Below are positions 45,385 to 54,845 of a stretch of DNA of 64,000 bases, piece after piece. A program made the translations under genes and the position numbers. A model generated the notes under the pieces. That model searched no databases. It saw only the letters and a program-made list of their open reading frames with translations, and was not told the origin of the DNA. Source of the DNA: an uncultured Methanomicrobiaceae archaeon (lineage in GTDB: Archaea > Halobacteriota > Methanomicrobia > Methanomicrobiales > Methanoculleaceae); NCBI GenBank assembly GCA_963826525.1, contig CAWGXH010000003.1, positions 512,001 to 576,000 on the forward strand, in the 5' to 3' direction. Each line of letters begins with the position of its first letter. The first letter of the stretch is position 1.

Positions 45385-46536
45385 ATGGATCTCGCCGAAT
45401 ACCGAAAGATCAATACCATCATCGAGCGGGATAGTGCCGACGCGACCTACAAGTACGCCCTCCTCCGGGGCGTCATCGAGGTCTGCCAGCAGTACCCGCA
45501 CCTCCGGGAGGACGACGGCGATGCGGTCTCGTTCCCGCTCGGGCTGCTCGTCGAGAAGTGGCTGCTCTACTACTACCCGATCTTCGCGGCAGCGACGTTC
45601 ATCCCGCAGAAGAACGGGGAGACGCCGGATCAGAACGCCGGGAAGGTGGTCTCGTTCCGGAAGTCCTTCATGCCGGTCATCGACTACTACCGCGACCGGG
45701 GCGGGGTATCGGTCTTCTACAATGACTATACCCGCGGCTCGGTCCCGGAGGAGATCCAGCCGGCGCTCCGGACGCTGGTGAAGGAGATCCGGAGCACCAT
45801 CACCACAATGCCGATGAAGCACCTCGGCTACTCGCAGTCGAAGGAGCACTACTCGGTCTTCGACTGCCCCCGGCCGCTGTACCGGCTGCCGAAGGGCCGC
45901 CCGGTCGACCGGCTCTACCTGATCGAGAACGCCGGCCGGTTCTCCCTCTCCCGCGACCTCTGCACGATCTTCGAGTACTTCGGGAGCTTCATCTCCGGGG
46001 AAGAGTGCCTGCTGAAGAAGTGGGCGGCGTTCACCGCGGCGGCGGACAAGACCGGGACCGTCACCGAGGAGTGCATGCTCTCCCTGCTCGCGAGGACGCC
46101 GACGACCGAACGGGCGATCGCGGATGCACGCGGCATCTACCGCTCGGTCTTCGCGGAGGAGGGGCGGCTGACCTGCGTCTGGTCGGGGAGATCAATACAG
46201 TCGCCGGACGCGATGCATATCGACCACGTCCTCCCCTTCTCGGTCTGGAAGAACAACGACCTCTGGAACCTGCTCCCCGCCCTCGGGCCGGTCAACGCCG
46301 AGAAGCGTGACCGGATCCCCGGCCGTTCGCTCCTGGAGTCCCGCCGGGAATGTATTACCGACTACTGGGACCTGCTCCACGACCACGCACCCCGCCCGTT
46401 CGAGCGGGAGATTGCGGTCTCGCTCCTCGGCATGCAGGGGCTGCAGAGCGGCTGGCAGGATCCGGCGTTCGAGCGCCTCGCCGAGACCTGCGCCTACTTA
46501 ATCGACGTCCGGGGGTACGCGGCATGGGCGATCTGA
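45385..46536 (+). CDS. HNH endonuclease domain protein
   Basis: N-terminal TYKYALLRG...WLLYYYP; C-terminal CVWSG...HIDHVLPFSVWKNNDLWNLLPA...VNAEKRDRIP. Confidence 0.85.
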   Translation: MDLAEYRKINTIIERDSADATYKYALLRGVIEVCQQYPHLREDDGDAVSFPLGLLVEKWLLYYYPIFAAATFIPQKNGETPDQNAGKVVSFRKSFMPVIDYYRDRGGVSVFYNDYTRGSVPEEIQPALRTLVKEIRSTITTMPMKHLGYSQSKEHYSVFDCPRPLYRLPKGRPVDRLYLIENAGRFSLSRDLCTIFEYFGSFISGEECLLKKWAAFTAAADKTGTVTEECMLSLLARTPTTERAIADARGIYRSVFAEEGRLTCVWSGRSIQSPDAMHIDHVLPFSVWKNNDLWNLLPALGPVNAEKRDRIPGRSLLESRRECITDYWDLLHDHAPRPFEREIAVSLLGMQGLQSGWQDPAFERLAETCAYLIDVRGYAAWAI

Positions 46537-46902
46537 CCTGTCCGTTCTGCAATCCGTCCCCCGAGGAGATCGCGCTCGCGAACGATCTCTGCTACGCCCG
46601 CTACGACAAGTATCCGGTGAACCCCGGCCACCTGCTGGTCATCCCCTTCCGGCACGTCGCCGGCTTCTTCGACGCGACGGACGAGGAGCAGGCCGCACTG
46701 CTGGCGCTCGTCCGGGAGGCGAAACGACTTCCTCGACGAGCGCTTCCGTCCCGACGGCTACAATATCGGCGTGAACGTCGGCGAGGCCGCCGGGCAGACG
46801 GTGATGCACCTGCACGTGCACGTCATCCCGCGGTATGCCGGGGATATGGAGGAGCCGCGGGGCGGGGTGCGAGGGGTGATTCCGGAGAAGAGGGGGTATT
46901 GA
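46524..46902 (+). CDS. HIT-family nucleotide hydrolase, frameshift near 46725
   Basis: CPFC, YPVNPGHLLVIPFRH, GYNIGVNVGEAAGQTVMHLHVHVIPRY. Overlaps the HNH stop. Confidence 0.9.
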
Positions 46903-47368
46903 GGGGGGATCCGGTCCCGCCGGTTTACGAGAACCAGTGACAGTTCGCTCTGATCCTACGTGAGGTGATTATCGGGGGCGTTCGGGTCCGTACACTGCCG
47001 GGCATCCCCGCAGTTGCCGTTCCGGTAAAGCAACCCTTATAAACCCGCAATCCGAGCGGAATCCGCCGAAAAAAACGACCCCCACAGAAGCCCGCAGACG
47101 GCCGATCTCACGGCGAGACAGGGTATCCATCCTCCAGAAATTACTGCCGCTCATATGGCCATTATAACCCTGCGATCCTGCCGCTTTTCGGGAATCCGGC
47201 CGAGATCTGCAGGGTATCCTGGGCGGCGAAATCCGGCATCCGAAAGCGGCGGTAAAACCGGAAAAGAGCGATAATTCAGGCTTATTTTTGGGCGGGAAGA
47301 GGGCGGTTCCACCCCCCCACGCCGGCACCCTCTCTTTCGAGGTCGTCGAGGGTCGCCGGCCGCATGCC

Positions 47369-50300
47369 CTACGCCATCTCATTCCGCCGCAGAAACTCCC
47401 GGATCTTCCGGGACTCAATCCAGCCCTGGTCGAGGTCATTGATATACCCGTTGATCCGCCGGACCTGCTCGCGGACCTTCTCTGCAGTCTCCGGATCGTC
47501 CATCAGATCGGCCCGGGCAAGCAGGACCTGGAGCGGGTGGCGGACATGGTCGCCGAGGATCGCGAACTGCTCCATGTTCCGCTCGATCCGGTCGTAGGCC
47601 TCCCGCCGGATCTTCTCGACCTGCTTCTGGTCGGTGACGTCGGAAGAGATGACCGCGAGCCGCTTGACCTGTCCGTCTGCGCTCCGAACCGGGAAGAGGA
47701 TGGTATCGAAGATCCTCCCCGCATACTCGTCGGTCAGCCTGGCCGGCCTGCCCGAGGCAAAGGCCTCGTCAACCTGCCTCTTCCGGGCTGCGGCGAGATC
47801 GGGCGGGAAGAGGTCGTACACGCATGTTCCGCGAAGATCTTCCGTACTCTTCCCGAACCGTGCGGCCATCGCCTCGTTCAGGGCAAGGATGGTACCGTCC
47901 CGGTCGATGAGTCTCGCGTCGTCGGGCGTCGCGTTCAGGAGCGCCCGGAACTGCTCTTCACTCTCCTGCAGGGCAAGCTCGGTCCGTTTCCGCTCGGTGA
48001 TATCGATCGCAACCTCGAGCCGCACGTCGCGCCCGTCGGGCCACCGGATGATCCGGTCGACGATGTCCACGTAGATATCGAGAATTGGGTTATAGTACTC
48101 CCACCGGTAGGGCTGCGGCTTCTGGCTGAGGATCACCTCGTTGGTGCAGAACGGGCACGGCGCCTCAAAGCCCTGGAACTCGCGGTAACATAGCCCGCCG
48201 ACAACGCTCTTCCCGAGCGCTTTTGTAAAGAAGGGGTTTGCATACAGGATCTCATAGGTCACGGGATCCGTGACGTAGACGATCTCCTCGAGGCCGTCGA
48301 AGATCGAGAGGAGCTGATCGCGCTCGAACTGCAGCATCTCCTCCACCTCCGTCTCTCCGGGGGTGGGCCGGATGGTGACCACGTGGATGCCGGGTGCTGT
48401 CCGTGCCACGGCGTTGCATTCCACTCTGACCGTGGTGCCGTCCTTCCGGAGAAGCTCGCATTCGCCCTGCAGTATGCCTCTTTCCAGGAACTCCTCCCAG
48501 AACTCGCGCCCTGCCTCCCGATCTCTGCAGATAGCAAAGACCGACCGCTGCAGCAGTTCCTCCCGGGTATACCCGAGCAGGGCAGAGGCCGCAGGATTGG
48601 TCTCCCGAAGGTCTCCGGCATCGTCCACGACGAGAACGGCATCCCTCACGAGTTCGACGATCGAGCGGAGATGTCCGCATTCCGTGTCATGGCTCCCTGC
48701 CGGGTTCTCCTCTCCCGGTGAGGGGTCCGTCCGCACCGCTGCCGCCTCGTCCTGCGGGGCTCTGGCCAGGGTGAACCGGAACGCCGCTCCTTCTCCGGGG
48801 ATGCCCGGCACCCGGTCCTCGACCCAGACCCTGCCGCCATAGTGTTCCACCAGCTTCCGGACGATATAGAGACCGAGGCCTTCGCCTCTGCCATGCCCGA
48901 GCCCCCGCTCGAACCGGCGGAAGAGCACTCCCTTCACCTCGTCCGGGATACCGGGGCCGGTGTCTTCGACCGAGACCAGCACCTCGCCGTTCAGTTCCTC
49001 CACCCGGATGGTGATCCGGACATCCGGGCCGCCGAACTTGACGGCGTTCCCTATCAGGTTCGTAAAGACCATCGAGAGAAGGCCGTCCGCGCGGACCTCG
49101 AGCGGCGGGCCGTCATAGCGGATCGACGCCGCCGGAAAAGTCCCGATCTCTTCCCGTATGACGGCGTCGAGATCTACCGGCGATAGACCGGCCGATTCCT
49201 GGTGGATCCGGCGGATGGCTCGCGACGTTCTTCAGGATCTCGGTGCTCCGCCAGATACTGTCGTGCAGCTTCTGTGCGTAGGTCTTCAGCTCGCCTTCCA
49301 GCAGCTCGAGCAGAAGATCGGCATACATCATGGAGACGTTGTTTGCGTTCCGAACATCGTGGGTGAGGATATCCAGGTACAGGTTCGCCTCCCGGTGCGC
49401 CTCGTCCAGTTCCCGGTTAACCCGGGTGAGCTCGTCGGTCTGCTCCCGGAGAGTGCCTCCGCCTGTCTGCGCTCGGTGATGTCCCGTGCCGCCGCAAAGA
49501 CGCCGGCCACCCGTCCCTGTGCGTCCCGGTACACGGTGGCGTTGAAAAGGGCGGGTGTGGTCTTTCCGTCACGGTGCCGGATCTCCATCGGGTAGTCGCG
49601 GATCTCGCCGTCAACGAGGACCTTCCGGACTCCCGCAAGCGTCTGGTCCGGGTCGGTGCTGTACCTGGAAAAATCCGTGCCGATCAGTTCGTCGCGTGTA
49701 TACCCGGTCACCTTCTCGGTAGCGGCGTTCACGTCGGTGATCTTCCCATCGGGGCTGATGGTGGCGAGCGGATCGATGCTCGCCTCGATAAGGACCCGGT
49801 TGTACGCGTTTGCATTAATCAAGGCCTCTTCTGCCTGTTTGCGCTCGGTGATGTCCCGGAAAACCACCATAATAGAAGGCCGGCCCTGGTAGAGGACGGG
49901 GGTCGCCGTGATGTCGACCCAGATTGTCCGGCCGTCAAGGGTCTGGAGTTCCTGTTCGAAGAGCGGGGTAGCCGTGCCTTCCTGCTGCCTCCGACGGATC
50001 TGCCCGACGACGAGATCGCGGTGCTCGCGGAGAGACGAAGAGATCCAGCGGTCTGCCCACGAAGTCTTCTTGCCTCTTCCCGCCTGCAATCCGGACGCAG
50101 GCAGGATTCACGTAAGCGATGACGCCGTTCCGGTGCACGACGACGGCATCCGGCATGACTTCGATCAGGGAACGGTAGCGCTCCTCGCTCTCCCGGAGGG
50201 CGTCCTCCATCCTTTTTCGGTCGGAGATATCCTCGATCATGCCGATCATGGACTGCGGACTCCCCTCGGCGTCCCGGATGAGGGACGCCGTCAGCATTCC

Positions 50301-51695
50301 CCAGAGGATCTGCCCGTCTTCCGTCACGTAGCGCTTCTCCAGCTGGTAGGTGTCGATCTCTCCGGCACCGAGGGACGCCGCGAGCGTCATGTCTTCCGAT
50401 AGGTCGCCCGGGTAGGTGATATAGGCAAGATGTCTGCCGCGGAGCGTATCCGGACGGTACCCGAGCATCTCCTGGAAGGCCGGGTTGCTATCGATGATGC
50501 ATCCGTCCAGCCCCACGAGAACAATACCGATCCCGGACCTCTCGTAGATGCCGCGGAACCGTTCCTCACTCTCCCGGAGCGCCCTCTCTCCTGCCGTACG
50601 CTCCCGGATATCGATGCCGATCCCCACCCGGGTATCGTCGGAGAGACGGATGTTTGCCCAGGAACTCTCGACGAGGGAACCGTCCTTTGCGGTCAATGCA
50701 AAGTCCCGCCACCCCGGTTCCAGTGACTGCATGAACCGGCCGACCATCGCCCGGTACCCGGGGTCGGGATAGCATAACGCCATGATATCGCCGCCGCTTG
50801 CGTCTTCCTCCGTCCAGCCCAGTGTCTCGCGCAACGCGCGATTGAACCGGCACGTTTTCAGGTTCGGATCAGGAGATCGCGATCATCACCGGGATCGTAT
50901 CGACGATCGTCTGCAACAGCTCGTGCTTGTGCGCCAGTTCCCGCTCCGCCCTTTTGCGGTCGGTGATGTCGCGAGAGACCGTCAGGACCCGCTCGACCCT
51001 GCCCGAAGGGCCGGGAATCGGGACTGAGATGTACTCGCTGTACTCGATATCCCGTACTACGGCATGGCGAACCTCTCCCCGCACCCCTCTTCCGGTGGCG
51101 AAGACCTCCCGGACCTTCTCGAAGTACGGGCCTGCCCCTCCATCGAAAACCCGAGTTCCTCCCAGGTCTTTCCCACCATCTCGCGCGGTTCCCGTCCGAG
51201 TTTACGGGCGAACTCCCTATCGACGTGGACATACCGGAGGTCCCGATCCAGGATATTCACCGTCTCCGGCAGGTATGAAAGGATGGTTGCCAGCACCTCC
51301 TGCTCGCCGCCGGGCCCGGGAAGATCCTGCAGGCGGACGAGGTGCATGCGATCATCCTCTCCGGTCCTGCTGGAGTATTGGATCCGCCGCTCTCTGCCGT
51401 CTGAGGCCCTGATGGTGCAGGCAAGGGCGGGGAGTTCGACCCGGTCCTGCAGCGACGCCGAGATCGCCCATCGGCACTCCTCTTCGACGATCCGGGGCAG
51501 AAGAAACCGGTTTACGAACTCCCCGGCGTCGCTGCCGATGAGGGTGTCCCGGTCGACCTCGAGACAGTGCTGTAGTGCTCTGTTGATCCAGACGATACGG
51601 TTCTTTGGACCTACCAGCAGCACGCCCTCATCAAGCAGGTCGAGGATCTGCGGGGCCAGCCCGGGTTTGGCGGAAACGCCAGGGAATGGTGTCAT
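47369..51695 (-). CDS. Very large multi-PAS histidine kinase continuing into three more PAS domains and a HisKA-like tail (one or two genes; many frameshifts)
   Basis: ORFs 51057..51695, 50869..51084, 49935..50834, 49328..50089, 49113..49331 and 47369..49072. H-box THDVRN near 49360, HATPase 48770-49070, tail MEQFAILGDHVRHPLQV. Confidence 0.78.
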
Positions 51696-51904
51696 CGGCA
51701 GGGCTCCACGTGCACGTAAATTACCTTTCGTTATTGTTTATTTATAGTTGTGGAAATCCGTTACCCGGGAAGGATCTGCCCCCGCTAGTGCCTTCAATCA
51801 TCAGTCGCAGAGATTCGGCACGTACACAGCGTCATGCTCCTCACCGCGGGGAGATTCACTTCACCCGGCGGGCAGGGGGGCAGAACCGCCCCTGCATTCA
51901 CCCC

Positions 51905-52190
51905 GTCAGCCCCGCTCTCCTCTTCTTGATCCCCTCTCCCAGGATTATCGCCGTGACGGCGGATATGGTGAGGAGCAGGACCCTCGTCCGCGACCAGGAG
52001 AATGGCGGTCAGGGGCGCACCCATGGCAAGGGCGAGAGCGGAGGTCTCGATGCAGAGGACGCCGATCGAGACCGGCAGGAACGGTAAGAGCAGGTTCGCG
52101 GCAGGCCCGATCAGTGTTGCGGAGAAGAAGATGGGGAGGAGGGACCGTCGATAAACCCGCTCCGGAACGCGAGCGCGAACAGGATTCACA
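51905..52190 (-). pseudogene. Degenerate partial copy of the CLC gene 3' end (homologous to about 23320..23620)
   Basis: Near-identical text, e.g. CTTGATCCCCTCTCCCAGGAT, CAGGAGAATGGCGGTCAGGGG and GATAAACCCGCTCCGGAACGCGAGCGCGA, with an internal deletion. Confidence 0.85.
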
Positions 52191-52316
52191 GAAATGGTAT
52201 CGATCTGCTGAAGACCGGGCCGGGACGTCGCCGGTCTCATCGCGTACCGGACCATGCCCGCATGATGCCGCACGAACTGGAAAAAGTGGATAATCCGCAC
52301 CTGCAGTGCCCGGCCG

Positions 52317-53723
52317 TTACGAACCGCCGCTCGTTCTCTCTTTCAACAGATGCCGCCGCACAAGGTAGAGAGCGAGAATGACCGCAACGATGACCAGCCC
52401 TTCCGAGACGAGCAGCGCGGTCCGGAACCCCGCGACGACGGCAGCGGGGCTGGAACCGAGGGACAACACCACCGTTACCGCTATCACGCTTGCGACGCTC
52501 ACCCCGATCGCCGCACCGATCTGCTGGGACGTCGTGAGCAGACCGGCCGCAAGGCCCTGGCGTCCCGGCTCCACGCCGGTCGTTCCGGCAATATTCAGGG
52601 AGACGACCGCCGAGACAAGACCCAGCGCAGCGACGTAGTACGAGAGCATCAGCAGCACCAGCGAACTATCCGTACTGATGGCTGCAAGACCGGAGACGCC
52701 GATGCCGAAGAGGGCGAGCCCGATCGCCAGCATGGCCCGGAAACCGATCCGCCCGATGATGCGGGGAGCGACGGTTGCGCCGGTGAGGCCTCCGAGACCC
52801 GCAGGCAGGAAGATCAGACCGGTCTCAAGGGCGGAAAACCCTCGCACCTCCTGGAGGTAGAGGGTGATGATGAATACCAGAGCGGCGTTCGCCGCGAAGG
52901 TCAGGAACATGACCAGATCGGCGACGAAGATCGTCCGCCGCCGGAAGATATCCAGGGGGACGAGGGGGATGCAGACCTTCTGCTCCACGTAGAGGAAACT
53001 GGCCCCGAGGATCACCGATAGGATGAGGAGTCCCGCCACCTCCAGGTACGGTTCGCCGGGGACCAGATCCGGGTGATCGCGTAGATGACGGTGATGACGG
53101 ATGCGGTCACCAGCGCCGCACCCGTCACATCGAACCCCCCCTTCTGCTGGTTCTTCGGAAGGACGGGGATCATGAGATAGCCGCCGACGAAGACCAGCAG
53201 ACCGATGGGGACATTGACGAAGAAGACCCAGTGCCACGAGAGGGTGCTCGTAAGAATCCCTCCCAGAATCACGCCGGTGGTGAAACCGATCGCGGCCATC
53301 GAGTCTGAAGATGCCGAGCGCCCAGTTTCGCTCGCTCCCCTCCGCAAACGTCGTGGTGACGAGGGAGAGTGCGGAGGGGGCGAGCATGGCCGCCCCGATG
53401 CCCTGTGCTGCACGGGAGATGAAGATCACGACCGCGGAGGGGGCGAAGCCTCCGACCAGCGACGCTGCGGAAAAAACGATCAGACCCGCCAGGAACACCC
53501 TTTTTCTGCCGAAAATGTCGGAGCCCCTCCCCATCAGAAGCAGAAAACCGCCGAACGTCAGGGCATAGGCACTCACCACCCACTGCAGCGAGGTAGGGGC
53601 CAGCTGGAACTGGGACTGGATCGAGGGAAGTGCGACGTTGACGATAGAGAAGTCGAGGACGATCATGAGCTGGGCAAGGGAGAGCAGAATGAGAATTACA
53701 GTCGAGGTCTGCGATCGGCCCAT
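52317..53723 (-). CDS. DHA2 (EmrB/QacA-like) MFS transporter, copy 1, with two compensating indels
   Basis: LDFSIVNVALPSI, WVVSAYALTFGGFLL, GRGSDIFGRK. The middle segment is in the ORF 53012..53413 frame. Confidence 0.9.
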   Translation of the reverse strand: MGRSQTSTVILILLSLAQLMIVLDFSIVNVALPSIQSQFQLAPTSLQWVVSAYALTFGGFLLLMGRGSDIFGRKRVFLAGLIVFSAASLVGGFAPSAVVIFISRAAQGIGAAMLAPSALSLVTTTFAEGSERNWALGIFRLDGRDRFHHRRDSGRDSYEHPLVALGLLRQCPHRSAGLRRRLSHDPRPSEEPAEGGVRCDGCGAGDRIRHHRHLRDHPDLVPGEPYLEVAGLLILSVILGASFLYVEQKVCIPLVPLDIFRRRTIFVADLVMFLTFAANAALVFIITLYLQEVRGFSALETGLIFLPAGLGGLTGATVAPRIIGRIGFRAMLAIGLALFGIGVSGLAAISTDSSLVLLMLSYYVAALGLVSAVVSLNIAGTTGVEPGRQGLAAGLLTTSQQIGAAIGVSVASVIAVTVVLSLGSSPAAVVAGFRTALLVSEGLVIVAVILALYLVRRHLLKERTSGGS

Positions 53724-53904
53724 CTTCCCACCATCCCCGGGACGGCAACCATGAATGGGTGGGAGGTATATATGGGTGATGCACGGGATGCGTCTCTTCC
53801 GGGAGCAGCCCCCGGAAACGTCACGCCTGTGCGGAGGCCGGGACTCTTCCGCATCTCCGCACCCGTCGACCCGCCGGTATATACCCTCGCGATCATCTCC
53901 GGGT

Positions 53905-54504
53905 ATGACGCTTCCGCGGGAGTTCTACGAACGGGATGCGGTGACGGTCGCGAAAGACCTGCTCGGAAAGACGCTCGTGCATGAAACGCCGGAAGGAACC
54001 GCGAGCGGCAGGCTCGTCGAGACCGAGGCATACAAAGGCCCGGAGGACAGAGCGCCGCATGCCTTCGGCAATCGCCGGACGGAACGAACGGAGGTTCTGT
54101 TCGGGCCTAAAGGGCATGCCTACGTCTACCGGATCCACGGAACGTACTTCTGCTTCGACGTCACCAGCGGAAGCGTCCCCGGAAAACCGGAAGCCGTTCT
54201 GGTGAGGGCGATAGAACCCGTCACGGGCGTGGCGCTCATGGCGGAGCGCCGGGGAATGCGCGGAGCACCGGCACCCGGTCTCGCCAGCGGTCCGGGCAGG
54301 GTCTGCATGGCTCTGGGTATTTCGAAGCGGCAGAACGGCGCCGATGTCTGCACGTCGTCTCTGCAGATCGCTCCCGGGACCGCCGTGGACGAACGGGAGA
54401 TCGTGCAGGCACAGCGGATCAATATCGACTATGCCGGCAGGTGGAAAGACTGCCCGTGGCGATTCCTGATCGGGGCGAGCGGGTATGTCTCGAGGAAGGC
54501 CTGA
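53905..54504 (+). CDS. mpg: 3-methyladenine DNA glycosylase (AAG/Mpg family), copy 1
   Basis: VAKDLLGK, GRLVETEAY, GHAYVY, AVLVRAIEP, GPGRVCMALGI, PWRF. Confidence 0.92.
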   Translation: MTLPREFYERDAVTVAKDLLGKTLVHETPEGTASGRLVETEAYKGPEDRAPHAFGNRRTERTEVLFGPKGHAYVYRIHGTYFCFDVTSGSVPGKPEAVLVRAIEPVTGVALMAERRGMRGAPAPGLASGPGRVCMALGISKRQNGADVCTSSLQIAPGTAVDEREIVQAQRINIDYAGRWKDCPWRFLIGASGYVSRKA

Positions 54505-54845
54505 TGCGGCTCCGCGAATCCCGGCCTGCAGCAGAAACGAGAGTCGTCGGTTTGCCTGGTTGAGAACGCAGGAGAGGCATTCCGGGCAGGTGACCGCATG
54601 GCCGGCGACTCGACCGGGACCCGGAGACGATCGTTCTCCCGAATTCGGGCGTATCCGTCCATGAGAGATTGCAGCCTTGTGGGCGATGAGTGTTGTTATT
54701 TGGGTTTCATCGGTTGCAGGTTCGGGAGCGGAAGAGATCTTCCCGGAATTATCGTCGGAGATGGCCTGCCAGCCCAGCCGGGCGAGCATTTCCCCGTCGC
54801 CGCCTACCAATACCTTTTAACCGTTCTCACGAGAACATTTCACCA

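Noticed and set aside
46930-47340. Structured ncRNA or tRNA in a long intergenic region
   Set aside because: No cloverleaf or recognisable RNA family motif found by eye; only the short shared element is reported.
706-51695. Diversity-generating retroelement or shufflon as the cause of kinase repeats
   Set aside because: No reverse transcriptase or site-specific recombinase in the window, and differences between paralogues are not adenine-specific.
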